From: Promethearchaeota archaeon
Lineage (GTDB): Archaea > Asgardarchaeota > Lokiarchaeia > Sigyniarchaeales > SOKP01
DNA: 64,000 bases
Assembly (NCBI GenBank): GCA_030603385.1
Contig: JAUVXW010000001.1
Span: 96,001-160,000, forward strand
Direction: 5' to 3'
The notes beneath the pieces are model-generated. The model saw nothing but the letters and a program-made list of their open reading frames with translations. It ran no database searches and was not told where the DNA came from. Shown piece after piece: positions 1 through 10,089 of the stretch (the stretch's first letter is position 1; each line of letters starts with the position of its first letter). The position numbers and the translations under genes are program-made.

Positions 1-785
1 GAACGCTTTTTTATCATTTCGTTGACTCCTACAAACTCGCCTGCTAATTCGTTTAAACATTCACCCATGGGAACTTCGAATAAAGGTCCCTTTGGATCAA
101 CTCTAGCTGCTGCTCTTGCATCAAACCAAGAAATTGAACCACATAAACTCATACGGTTGGGAGTAATACAACATGCATGTGTTGGTGCGAAAGATTGACA
201 TAAAACACAGCCATAAAACATATCTACATCTTCGTCGTTTATACTTCGGGCTCTTTCGTCTCTTTTTTCGTATATTTTTAAAGCAAAATCGTATGGGTCT
301 TCTATTTCTTTTGGATCTGTGATCAAAGTTACTTGTGCTTTTTTAATTATTGGCAATTCAGCTTTGTAAAGACGAATTAGAACAGTACCTAACATAGTTA
401 AATCGTTAAAACCTTTTTCAACTAGTTTCTTAGAGAGCCTCATCCAGTTGGTATAGCGTTGGTTTAAATGCATTATTCCATTTACAAAATTACAAAACTC
501 ATGGATTCTTCTCTCGAACACGGCTTCTAGGTCTTCTTCCAATTCAGGGCCAGAAACTTCTACTAGAATCCCGATTGGGTAACGTTCACCTTCTTTCATG
601 TCTTTAAGGTTGGGACCTATAATTGTAATTTTGCCATCTTCAATCTCCTTCTCTGGTTTAACCCTTACGAGCTCAAAATGTTTCTCGATTTTAGGTCCAC
701 CGAGTTCAACATACATTTGATTTCCTCTTATACGCTCCCCCTCATAAACTGGTCCAACATCAAAAGGAAGGTCTGCAAAACTCAT
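1..785 (-). CDS. cdhC: Acetyl-CoA decarbonylase/synthase beta subunit (acetyl-CoA synthase), 3' end runs off the window
   Basis: Not in the ORF track. Hand translation from ATG 785 gives MSFADLPFDVGPVYEGERIRGNQMYVELGGPK, later FYGCVLCQSFAPTHACCITPNRMSLCG (A-cluster cysteines). GAGGAG SD upstream; lies directly downstream of cdhB. Confidence 0.95.
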   Translation of the reverse strand, partial: MSFADLPFDVGPVYEGERIRGNQMYVELGGPKIEKHFELVRVKPEKEIEDGKITIIGPNLKDMKEGERYPIGILVEVSGPELEEDLEAVFERRIHEFCNFVNGIMHLNQRYTNWMRLSKKLVEKGFNDLTMLGTVLIRLYKAELPIIKKAQVTLITDPKEIEDPYDFALKIYEKRDERARSINDEDVDMFYGCVLCQSFAPTHACCITPNRMSLCGSISWFDARAAARVDPKGPLFEVPMGECLNELAGEFVGVNEMIKKR

Positions 786-837
786 TTCATAAATCTCCTC
801 ATTTGTTTTTGTTTTTGTTATTTTTATATTTTTTATT

Positions 838-1377
838 TTATAGCTTTTCAATTAAACTATTCAAAAATTCTTTCCAATCATCATCGCTTAGATTTGGTAA
901 GCTAAATCTAGCGTTTGGGTGTGCAAATTTATCTAATTCAATTGTTTTTACCCAGTTCGTAAAGTTTTTGATCCGAGATAATGCTTGAGAGACATAAAAT
1001 ACTATATGACCACCGAATATTGCCATTGAATATTGTCCCTCTCCATCCAGTCCAGTCCAATCTTTATCACTTAAGCGGTTTGTGATATTAATTAGTGACA
1101 TATCATACAATTTTCCATCACTAATTTTATCCTTCACATATTTATATGCATGACCAGTACTGACTACATGGCATTCAATTTTATTAGCGATTTCAATTAA
1201 ATAATCAGCGAGTTTTTTGCCATCAAGCTCCCAATTTAAAGATTCTGCACCAATGATAAAAATTTTTTTCATTGGAATTTTCAGTAAATTCGTCATTACA
1301 ACAGGATCTGAAACAGTAACGCCCATTTCAGGGCCTGGGATGTTTGCTTTTTGATACGGACGTGCCATTTTACTCAA
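838..1377 (-). CDS. cdhB: CO dehydrogenase/ACDS epsilon subunit
   Basis: PYQKANIPGP, DWTGLDGEGQY and HPNARFSLPNL motifs; adjacent to cdhC; TTG start after AGAGGA. Confidence 0.9.
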   Translation of the reverse strand: MSKMARPYQKANIPGPEMGVTVSDPVVMTNLLKIPMKKIFIIGAESLNWELDGKKLADYLIEIANKIECHVVSTGHAYKYVKDKISDGKLYDMSLINITNRLSDKDWTGLDGEGQYSMAIFGGHIVFYVSQALSRIKNFTNWVKTIELDKFAHPNARFSLPNLSDDDWKEFLNSLIEKL

Positions 1378-1535
1378 TTTCCTCTATTTTTATTTTTAGC
1401 TATAAGTTGTAAAATAATTGTATTTGAATTATTATACTTAGAATTATTAAAGACAACTTAAAAAAATTGTTTTTATTAAGTTTAACTAAAAATAGATAAT
1501 AGGTATAAAGTTAAAAAAAAAAAAATCATTAAAAA

Positions 1536-2954
1536 TTAATCAAAGTTAGGTCTTTTATCTTGCCAAGGAGCTAGTTCTTCAAATGCTTTTGAAACTTGTA
1601 AAATTAACAATTCCTGAAATCTTTTACCAACGATTTGCAATCCTATCGGTAGGTTGGCATTTGTCCATCCACAGGGAATAGTAGCAGCAGGATGTCCTGT
1701 AAAGTTAAATGGAAATGTAAATGCTTGCCACGCTGTGGGAGATACATTAATTCCATTTATTTGTGAAGGATAAGCATCTCCTGATTCAAAAGCTGGAACT
1801 GCTGTTGATGGAGTAAGAAGTATATCATAGTTTTTAAAAGTTTCGAATATCACTTGATAAAACTGACTACGAGTTCTCATAGCGTCTGGTAAACTAGAAG
1901 CAGGAAATCGTAATCCCGCTTTGACCCATGTTACTAAATTTGGATCTAGTTTATCTTTCCATTCTTCCAAATAAGGTTTTAATTCATGTCCAAACATTAT
2001 TAACCACATTGTACTAAAAGCCATTGAAGGATCCAACTCTTTAAATTTTGCTTCTTCTACTTCCCATCCAAATGATTCAAATTTATGGACTGAATTAATT
2101 ACTGCTTTTTCAACCTCTTTATCAACAATCTTTGCAAAGCCTAAATTTAAACTATAACCAATCTTTAATTTATCTGGTTTTTCATTTATATGGTCAGTGT
2201 ATTTTATATGATCTTCCGGTAATGAATGTCTATCCCCCTCAAATGGCCCCTTCATAGCATCTAGCATTAGTGCTGCATCGGAAACATATCTTACAATAGG
2301 GCCAACAACAGATAAGGTTTGACCACTATGGAAAGTTATTGGATAAATTGGAACCCTTCCAAAGCTGGGTTTAAGACCATAAACTCCGCAAAAACATGCA
2401 GGATGTCGAATAGAACCTCCTCCATCTGAGCCTTGAGCTAAAGGCCCCATTCCACAAACAACTGAAGCCGCAGCACCTCCACTAGATCCTCCAGACGTTT
2501 TCTCAAGATCCCATGGATTTGGTGTAACTCCAAAAATGAGATTATCAGTAACTCCTTTAAAACCGAATTCAGGCGTATTTGTTTTCCCTAAAATTACACA
2601 ACCCGCATCTTTTAAACGTGTTACAGCAATCGCATCTTCTTCAGGAATGTGATGTTCATAAATTTTTGAACCATAAGTGGTCCTCACCCCTTTGACTGAC
2701 AATAAATCTTTAATAGAAGTTGGGATCCCATTTAGAAGAGGTATTTTTTCCTTTCTCTTTACTCTTTCATCTGCTTTTTTTGCCATTTCCCGTGCTAAAT
2801 CGAAAGTTGGGGTACAATATGCGTTAATTATTGGATTAATCTTTTCAATCCTTTCAATAATTATTTCAGTTATTTCCTGCGAGGTTAATTCTTGATTATC
2901 TATTTTTTCTTTCATTTCCCAAGCGGGCATAAAGCATATGTCGTCTTTATTCAT
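1536..2954 (-). CDS. Amidase-signature family amidase (paralogue 1)
   Basis: SIKD, GKTNTPEFG, GGSSGG and GSDGGGSIR (Ser-cisSer-Lys triad). Start ATG 2954 or GTG 2963. Confidence 0.9.
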   Translation of the reverse strand: MNKDDICFMPAWEMKEKIDNQELTSQEITEIIIERIEKINPIINAYCTPTFDLAREMAKKADERVKRKEKIPLLNGIPTSIKDLLSVKGVRTTYGSKIYEHHIPEEDAIAVTRLKDAGCVILGKTNTPEFGFKGVTDNLIFGVTPNPWDLEKTSGGSSGGAAASVVCGMGPLAQGSDGGGSIRHPACFCGVYGLKPSFGRVPIYPITFHSGQTLSVVGPIVRYVSDAALMLDAMKGPFEGDRHSLPEDHIKYTDHINEKPDKLKIGYSLNLGFAKIVDKEVEKAVINSVHKFESFGWEVEEAKFKELDPSMAFSTMWLIMFGHELKPYLEEWKDKLDPNLVTWVKAGLRFPASSLPDAMRTRSQFYQVIFETFKNYDILLTPSTAVPAFESGDAYPSQINGINVSPTAWQAFTFPFNFTGHPAATIPCGWTNANLPIGLQIVGKRFQELLILQVSKAFEELAPWQDKRPNFD

Positions 2955-2999
2955 TTTTTTCACTTTTATGTTTTTAGTATAAATTGAACTATATTAAAA

Positions 3000-4460
3000 T
3001 TAAATTAATTTTGGTTTTTTATCTTGCCATGGAGCAATCTCTTCAAATGCCTGTGAAACTTGTAGAACAGTAACCTCATCGAATCTCTTTCCAATAATTT
3101 GCATCCCAATAGGTAATCCATCACTAGACCAACCACAGGGAATTGAAGCTGCGGGGTGACCAGTCATATTGAAGGGATGAGTATAGGGTGACCAAGCTCC
3201 CGCGGAAACCTTTTTGCCATCAATTTTACTAGGAGAGGATACACCTAATTCAAAAGCAGGGCATGCCATTGTTGGGGTAATTAAAATGTCATAATCTTTA
3301 AAATGTTTACACACATTATCATAAATAACTTCTCTTTGTATTTCAGCGGTATAGATATTTTCTGGGGTAAGTTGAAACCCAAATTGAGCCAGTTGAACTA
3401 ATCCTTGGTCTAAAATATCCCCATATTGCTCAACTATCGGTTTTAGAAAATATCCAATTCCATATGCCCAAATAATATTCCAAGTCAAACCATAATTTTC
3501 CACACTCACTTTACCTCTGAGTGTTTTTCCGGGTGATAATAAATTAATATTGCTTTTTTCAACTGACCAATTTAATTCTTCAAATTTTTTAACAGCATTT
3601 AGTACTGATTTCTCGACTTCAGAATGAATAATTTCTAGATTTCCTAAATCTATTGCATATCCTATCTTCAGTTTTTTAGGAGTTTCTTCTAATGCATCAT
3701 AGAAGCTATAGTTTGGTTTTGGTAAGGAATATCTGTCTATATCATCAGCTCCAACTAAAGCATCTAACATTAATGCAGCATCTTTTACATATCTAACTAG
3801 TGGTCCCTTTTGAACGTATGTACCCATAATACCCTCTAATTTCACAGATGTTTGTGGAATCCGTCCGAATGTTGGTTTAATACCATATAATCCACAAAAA
3901 CTACTTGGAATACGGATAGAGCCTCCCCCATCTGAACCTTGAGTTAAAGGACTTAATCCAGAAGCAGTTGCTGCTGCTCCTCCGCCAGTAGACCCTCCAG
4001 CAGTCCTTTCTAAATGCCATGGATTTTTGGTTTCACCAAAAATTAAATTATCCGTGTTTCCTTTATACCCAAAGGCAGGCATGTTTGTTTTACCTAATAT
4101 AACTACACCGGCTTCTTTTAATCTTTTGACCGCTATATCATCGTTCGGTGAAATATAATTTTCAAACGCTTTACAGCCACACGTGGTTCTAATTCCTTTA
4201 ACATCAACATTATCTTTGATAGATGTTGGTATACCATGTAATAGTCCTAATTTTTCACCCTTTTTAACAGCAGCATCAGCTTTTTTTGCCAAACCTCTAG
4301 CTAATTCAAAAGTAGGTGTACAATATGCATTAATTATTGGATTTATTTTTTCTATTCTTTCAATTATTATTTCAGTTATTTCTTCTGATGTTAATTCTTG
4401 AGTGACAATTTTTTGTTTCATTTCCCATGCGGGCATGAAATAAATTTCTTCTTTATTCAT
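3000..4460 (-). CDS. Amidase-signature family amidase (paralogue 2)
   Basis: SIKD, GGSTGG, GSDGGGSIR; N- and C-termini nearly identical to the neighbouring amidase. Confidence 0.9.
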   Translation of the reverse strand: MNKEEIYFMPAWEMKQKIVTQELTSEEITEIIIERIEKINPIINAYCTPTFELARGLAKKADAAVKKGEKLGLLHGIPTSIKDNVDVKGIRTTCGCKAFENYISPNDDIAVKRLKEAGVVILGKTNMPAFGYKGNTDNLIFGETKNPWHLERTAGGSTGGGAAATASGLSPLTQGSDGGGSIRIPSSFCGLYGIKPTFGRIPQTSVKLEGIMGTYVQKGPLVRYVKDAALMLDALVGADDIDRYSLPKPNYSFYDALEETPKKLKIGYAIDLGNLEIIHSEVEKSVLNAVKKFEELNWSVEKSNINLLSPGKTLRGKVSVENYGLTWNIIWAYGIGYFLKPIVEQYGDILDQGLVQLAQFGFQLTPENIYTAEIQREVIYDNVCKHFKDYDILITPTMACPAFELGVSSPSKIDGKKVSAGAWSPYTHPFNMTGHPAASIPCGWSSDGLPIGMQIIGKRFDEVTVLQVSQAFEEIAPWQDKKPKLI

Positions 4461-4594
4461 TTTTATCAAAATCCTTTATAGATTCAATTGTTTTAATTAA
4501 TCTCTCTTTAATTCAGTAAATTTAAAATGATGAAATTATAATACAAATATTACTTTTCATTATTTATATAAATTCATAATGAATCTCGATTAAG

Positions 4595-4900
4595 ATGTGC
4601 GAATTTAAAATTATTAGAAAAAAGGATGGTTCTCAGATATTAGAAGATATTGTTATGTTATCCTATAACGAAAAAAATGAATTAATTTTAAAGGATGTTA
4701 TTGGAATGGGAGAAATACTAGAGTCAGCTCTTATTCTTAATGTAAATACTATGAATCAAAAATGTATAATTCTTGAGAATCCTTTAATTAAAGATTTTAT
4801 AAGTTTGATTAATAACTTAAGTGAAAGTAAATCAAGCAAATCTGAAATTGATGAAATTATCAATAAACTGGAAACTATAAAATCAGAGCTCAAATCGTAG
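4595..4900 (+). CDS. cooT: CooT-family nickel-binding protein (CODH maturation)
   Basis: N-terminal MCE, then ILEDIV...LKDVIG...ILNVNT pattern, with an extra C-terminal helical tail; close to cdhBC. Confidence 0.75.
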   Translation: MCEFKIIRKKDGSQILEDIVMLSYNEKNELILKDVIGMGEILESALILNVNTMNQKCIILENPLIKDFISLINNLSESKSSKSEIDEIINKLETIKSELKS

Positions 4901-4915
4901 ATAAATTATTTGGAC

Positions 4916-5197
4916 TTATTTTTTTGGCGGAAAAATTTCAATTTCTATTGAAGAAACATTGTTACTCGTGCCGTCAGTATTTGTAATTGATTCCGTATCA
5001 ATCAAAATTTCACCATATGTGGCTCCTTTAACAAATTTGTTTATTAGGATCTCTGCAACATCCACTGCTCGTGAGATAGATCGCCCTCGAGCGAGTAGTC
5101 TTACGGGTTGTTCATTTAAAACAATCATATCAGCCATAACATAGTTTAATGATTTCTTTCTCCCAATAAAAACTTTTGCATCATCATTTTTAGCCAA
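4916..5197 (-). CDS. albA: DNA/RNA-binding protein Alba
   Basis: VFIGRK..LNYV, LLARGRSISRAVDVAE and NVSSIEIEI; AGGTGG SD before a TTG start. Confidence 0.95.
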   Translation of the reverse strand: MAKNDDAKVFIGRKKSLNYVMADMIVLNEQPVRLLARGRSISRAVDVAEILINKFVKGATYGEILIDTESITNTDGTSNNVSSIEIEIFPPKK

Positions 5198-5552
5198 TTA
5201 ATACCACCTTTACAATGTTTACGTTAGGAACTACTTTATTATACTTGTGTTACTTAAGTGCTCCTTAATTATGTTTAGCTTTTGGCAAATTATCAATATG
5301 TAGTTATGTTTATTAGCTTTAGTTAGATTTTAAAAATTATCAATTTCTGAATTTTCATAGAATTTTTTTTATACTTCTTTGATATATTGATCTTTATCTT
5401 CATAGTTATACCATATTAAAATCTAAATAATATAATGGTAAAACTCCAATTAATTTTCAATTAATAAAAAATAATAATAGATTGTTTCAATTTTATTGAA
5501 TTATAAAATAATAATAATGATAAAAACCAATAAATTCTCTAACTAGAATTAA

Positions 5553-7637
5553 ATGCCCGTAAATATTACTGATTTTTTGAACAAGAAATCCGATGGATTA
5601 AAGAAAAGAGATTTAGTAAAATCTCCGAATTTAAAAACAATCTTCAACGTTATAAATCAACATTTATATGGAAAACTAAAGTATACTGATACAGACACTA
5701 GAGCACGTTCGAAACAAATCATAAATCTTTTACTATGTAAGTTAGTCGATGAGGTTTCTAAAAAACCTGAAGAAGAGATGGAATTTTGCATTAAAAACAG
5801 TGAATCTCCAGAAAATCTATATTACAGAATCCAAAAATTTTTCGATGAGAATGTTCGGGCAAAATACAAAGAAGTTCTTGACCAAAATGAACAAATTAAG
5901 CTGACTGAAGAACTAGTTTATTTAATTGTAAGTGAAATTCAACATATCTCTCTACTTCGATCTTCTAAAGATATATTCAGTGATGCTTTTGAAATTTTTG
6001 TTAGTAAAATTCTAAAGGATGAGGCAGGACAGTTTTTTACACCTCCAAATATAGTAAAATTTATGGTACATTACTTAGATCCAGAGCTTGAAACTAAAAT
6101 TTTGGATCCTGCTTGTGGACATGGAGGGTTCCTTCTTGAAAGTAAAGATCTTCTATGGAGTAAATGCGAATTGGAAAGTGATAAAATTGATGCTATTTCT
6201 AAGTTATATGGTATTGATAAAGACTTATTCTTAGCAAAAATAAGTAGATTATATTTGGATATCCTAAGTAATGGAATATCTAATATATTTTGTGAAGATT
6301 CGTTAGATCCTAAAAATTATAGAGCTCCAGCGAAGGAATTTATAAAGAATGATAATTTTGATTTTATTTTTACTAATCCCCCTTTTGGTGTTAAAATTCC
6401 TATTAACGATAGTAAAATCTTAATAAATTATCAATTAGGTCATACATGGAAAAATGTTAGTGGCAAATTGGAAATGCAAAATAAAGTAGTAAAGCAACAA
6501 CCTCCACAAGTTCTTTTTATTGAAAGATGTGTTCAGTTACTTAAAGACGGAGGAAAATTAGGAATTGTCTTACCAGAAGGAATATTTGGGAATCCTTCAG
6601 ATCGTTATATTTGGGAGTATCTAATTTCTAATGGCAAGATCTTAGGTATTATTTCATTGGATCAGAATACTTTTCAACCCTATACTTGTAATAAAACCAG
6701 TATCCTCTTTTTCCAGAAATTGAAAATGATTCCAAAAGATTATCTAATAGATTTCGCTATTGTAGAGAATGTAGGTCATGATAAGGATGGAAAGATTTTA
6801 TACAAACTTAATAGAGATGGGAGTAAGAAATTAGATTCTAATGGAGTAGCAATAGTAAATGATGACTTACGTGATCTACACTTAAGATTAAATGAGGCTG
6901 AACAATTTAATTATTTGAAAGAACAAAAAATCTTTAAAATCAGCTTCAGTCAAATAAAAAACCAAGTTTTTATTCCTCTTTATTATACTGGAGTGGAAAA
7001 AACCTTAAAGAAACTTGCTAATGATGAAAAGTTTGAACTTCTGTCAATTAGGGAATTAGCTGAAAAAAAGTTTATTTATACTAATAAAGGAGGCTACTTA
7101 CCGCGGGGAGATGAAATAGGTTCTCATCTTTATGGATTAGGTACTATCCCATTTATAAGGACTAGTGAAATTTCCAATTGGGAAATAAATTTGGATTCAT
7201 ATAAGAAAACTAGTGAAGAAGTATATGAACAGTATAAAGAAAAACAAAACATTGAACCAGGAAATATTCTATTAGTTAAAGATGGTGGTCCAAATCTAAT
7301 TGGTAAAACAGCTTATATATCTGAAATGGATGTGAAGATAATTATACAAAGTCATCTCTTTCAAATAAAATCCTTAGAGAATGATGAATGTATTGACTCT
7401 TATCTTCTCTTATATCTATTAAATCTTGATATAGTGCAAAAACAGATTCAAGCAATAACTTTTGTTCAAGGAACTATAGCCACTATAGGAAATCGAATTA
7501 TGGAAGTAATCTTACCCATCCCAAAGGAGATTTCTAAAAGGAAAGACATTTCAAAATCAATAAAACAAATTATTGATAAAAAGACAGAAATAAGAACAAA
7601 AATACAAAACCTATCTTTGGAATCGTTTAATATCTAA
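5553..7637 (+). CDS. N6-adenine DNA methyltransferase fused to one HsdS-like target recognition domain (no nuclease domain)
   Basis: GQFFTP, DPACGHGGF (motif I), TNPPFG (motif IV); C-terminal IPFIRTSEI...GNILLVKDG...IMEVILPIP resembles a TRD half-subunit. Confidence 0.88.
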   Translation: MPVNITDFLNKKSDGLKKRDLVKSPNLKTIFNVINQHLYGKLKYTDTDTRARSKQIINLLLCKLVDEVSKKPEEEMEFCIKNSESPENLYYRIQKFFDENVRAKYKEVLDQNEQIKLTEELVYLIVSEIQHISLLRSSKDIFSDAFEIFVSKILKDEAGQFFTPPNIVKFMVHYLDPELETKILDPACGHGGFLLESKDLLWSKCELESDKIDAISKLYGIDKDLFLAKISRLYLDILSNGISNIFCEDSLDPKNYRAPAKEFIKNDNFDFIFTNPPFGVKIPINDSKILINYQLGHTWKNVSGKLEMQNKVVKQQPPQVLFIERCVQLLKDGGKLGIVLPEGIFGNPSDRYIWEYLISNGKILGIISLDQNTFQPYTCNKTSILFFQKLKMIPKDYLIDFAIVENVGHDKDGKILYKLNRDGSKKLDSNGVAIVNDDLRDLHLRLNEAEQFNYLKEQKIFKISFSQIKNQVFIPLYYTGVEKTLKKLANDEKFELLSIRELAEKKFIYTNKGGYLPRGDEIGSHLYGLGTIPFIRTSEISNWEINLDSYKKTSEEVYEQYKEKQNIEPGNILLVKDGGPNLIGKTAYISEMDVKIIIQSHLFQIKSLENDECIDSYLLLYLLNLDIVQKQIQAITFVQGTIATIGNRIMEVILPIPKEISKRKDISKSIKQIIDKKTEIRTKIQNLSLESFNI

Positions 7638-7701
7638 TATTAGAAAAATATATACGATTTTATACAAATCACTTATCAAGAAGAAGATTGAAAAATTTTC
7701 T

Positions 7702-8118
7702 ATGAAATTATATGATGAAGTGGTACAGCTATGGAAGAAAGCAGGGATTAGCGTGGGATCTTCAGATTTAAAAGAAGAAATTGAGAAAATGCTGAAACGA
7801 AATCCTAATCTATTCTTAATTGGAAAAATAAAAGAAAAAATCATTGCTGTAGTGATGGGTGGATTTGATGGCAGAAGAGGGTATGTCCATCATCTTGCTG
7901 TAGATCCAATACATCAAAAAAAGGGATATGGAAAAATGATGATGCATGATCTAATTAACGATTTCCGCAGAATTGGAGTACATAAGATTCACTTATTTAT
8001 AGAAAAACAGAATCAAGCTGTTGTAGACTTTTATAATAATTTGGGATGGCAAATGAGAGATGATCTGATTATGATGAGTATTATACCTGATAAATCTATG
8101 TATAAAATGCGGATCTAA
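7702..8118 (+). CDS. GNAT acetyltransferase (YpeA-like)
   Basis: GGFDGRRGYVHHLAVDP.HQKKGYGK, N..VVDFYNNLGW. The frame is open upstream, so the true start may be slightly earlier. Confidence 0.88.
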   Translation: MKLYDEVVQLWKKAGISVGSSDLKEEIEKMLKRNPNLFLIGKIKEKIIAVVMGGFDGRRGYVHHLAVDPIHQKKGYGKMMMHDLINDFRRIGVHKIHLFIEKQNQAVVDFYNNLGWQMRDDLIMMSIIPDKSMYKMRI

Positions 8119-8231
8119 GATAAATTCATATCTTTAAAACTCTGATTTAAAGTACAGCTAATTTTAAAGTTTTAAATATTATTGAAATGAATACTATTTA
8201 CATAAATAATAAATTTTGAAATTGAAAGAAA

Positions 8232-10016
8232 ATGCAAGAGGAAGATATACGGTATTGGGATAAAAAATGGCCTGAAGTAGTACCAAAACATATCGATTAT
8301 GATGAAATACCTTTAGGAGAGTTTCTGAAAAGAGCAGCTAACAAATACCCTAATTCTGATGTGATATTCTTTGAGGGTTTTAGAATGACATACAAGGAGT
8401 TAGATGCTCTCGTTGATCAATTTGCTACTGGACTTGCAAAATTGGGAATTAAAAAGGGTAACACTGTGGCAATTGATTTACCTAATGTCCCTCAATATGT
8501 AATTGCTCATTGGGCAATTCTTAGAATTGGAGCTGTTTCTAATCCAATCCTTCCTGTTAATCGTTATGTGGAAATTGTCCACCAGGTAAATGATTCAAAG
8601 GCTAATACTTTGATTATTCTAGATTATTTGTTTGAAGAATATCTTCTTGGGAGGGATCTTACAAAAATGCCTTCACTAAAAAGCATAATCTTAACTGCTA
8701 CTGCAGAGTATTTACCTAAAATTAAAGCTAAGTTGGGGGTAGCTCTCGGGAAAGTTCCAAGAATGAAAAATTGGCCTGATAAAATAGGAGAGATTACTTT
8801 CCATGGGTTTCAAGATATATTACAAAAAGGGTTACCGATTAATGTCCCTAAAGTAGATATTGATGTTAAAAAAGAACCTGCTATTTTGATATATACTGGG
8901 GGAACAACAGGAGTTCCCAAAGGTGTTATGACATCTCATTATAATATGATTGTAAACACAGAACAAATCGTCACATGGGCGACTACACAATTACCAGAAA
9001 TGGCAGAAGTGAAAGGAAAAGGAGGAATGTTATTAGTCGTACCACTTGCTCATTCATTTGGTAATATAGGTATGACAGTTTCCATATTTGAAGGGTGGAA
9101 ACTAATTTTACTGCCACGACCTCCAGAAAAAATATCAAAGATATTAAATGTTATTATGAAAGAAAAAGCTACATACATGCCCGCAGTTCCTACACTTTTT
9201 ATAAAAATTAATCAAGATCCTGATTCATCCAAATATAAAGGTAAACTTACTTCACTCTATGCTTGTGTTAGCGGTGCTTCAGCATTACCGTTAGAAGTAA
9301 AAAATACTTTTGAAGAACTCACCAGTGCAGTTATTGTTGAAGGCTATGGAATGTCAGAATGTTCACCTATCTTAACCATAAATCCATTTATAAAATCCCT
9401 TCAAAAAATAGATACTGTTGGATTCCCGTTATCAGATACCTTAATAAAAATCGTGGATGCTGAAGAAGGAACAAGTTTAAAACCACAATGTCCTAATGAT
9501 AACTGTGAGAATTGTGGTGCAGATGAGCAACAATATATCGGAGAAATATGTGGAACAGGACCACAAGTCATGTTGGGGTATCTAGGAAGGAAAGAGGTTA
9601 GTGAACATGCTCTAAGAAAAGACTCTCAAGGTAAGATTTGGTATTACACTGCGGATATTGGCTGTATCGATAATGAAGGATACCTTCATATAAAGGATCG
9701 TAAGAGAGATATGATAAAAAGAAAGGGTCATGCTGTTTTCCCAAGAGAAGTAGAAGATTTAATTTACATGCATGAAGCTGTAAATGAAGTTGGAGTAATT
9801 GGTGTTCCCGATCCAGAATCGGGTCAAGAAATAAAGGCATATATTTCTTTAAAACCTGATTATCAAGGAAAAGTTTCTAAAGAAGAACTCATGGAGTGGT
9901 GTCAAACAAATATAAGCCCATTTAAATATCCAAGAATAATCGAAGTTGTTCCTGAGTTACCTAAATCCGTGATTGGTAAGATTCTTAGGCGAGAATTACG
10001 AAAAGAAGGTGAATAA
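8232..10016 (+). CDS. Long-chain fatty acid--CoA ligase
   Basis: YTGGTTGVPKG, EGYGMSE, TADIG, DRKRDMI, LPKSVIGKILRR. Confidence 0.93.
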   Translation: MQEEDIRYWDKKWPEVVPKHIDYDEIPLGEFLKRAANKYPNSDVIFFEGFRMTYKELDALVDQFATGLAKLGIKKGNTVAIDLPNVPQYVIAHWAILRIGAVSNPILPVNRYVEIVHQVNDSKANTLIILDYLFEEYLLGRDLTKMPSLKSIILTATAEYLPKIKAKLGVALGKVPRMKNWPDKIGEITFHGFQDILQKGLPINVPKVDIDVKKEPAILIYTGGTTGVPKGVMTSHYNMIVNTEQIVTWATTQLPEMAEVKGKGGMLLVVPLAHSFGNIGMTVSIFEGWKLILLPRPPEKISKILNVIMKEKATYMPAVPTLFIKINQDPDSSKYKGKLTSLYACVSGASALPLEVKNTFEELTSAVIVEGYGMSECSPILTINPFIKSLQKIDTVGFPLSDTLIKIVDAEEGTSLKPQCPNDNCENCGADEQQYIGEICGTGPQVMLGYLGRKEVSEHALRKDSQGKIWYYTADIGCIDNEGYLHIKDRKRDMIKRKGHAVFPREVEDLIYMHEAVNEVGVIGVPDPESGQEIKAYISLKPDYQGKVSKEELMEWCQTNISPFKYPRIIEVVPELPKSVIGKILRRELRKEGE

Positions 10017-10089
10017 CGCTTTTTTTATATCTATTTTTTTTTAATTTTAAATCAGAATTAAATAAGGAACCAATAAGAAACAAGAAATT

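Noticed and set aside
1513-1525. Poly-A/poly-T runs after genes (also about 10020-10045, 17580-17600, 33348-33372)
   Set aside because: Ordinary archaeal oligo-T terminators, not repeats or mobile-element tails.
1536-4460. Amidases as GatA of the tRNA-dependent amidotransferase
   Set aside because: No gatB/gatC nearby, and the GSDGGGSIR / PEFG / PFN.TGHPA pattern fits generic amidases.
5553-8118. Methyltransferase + GNAT as a defence or toxin-antitoxin island
   Set aside because: The GNAT is a YpeA-like housekeeping type, and no antitoxin, nuclease or mobility genes are present.
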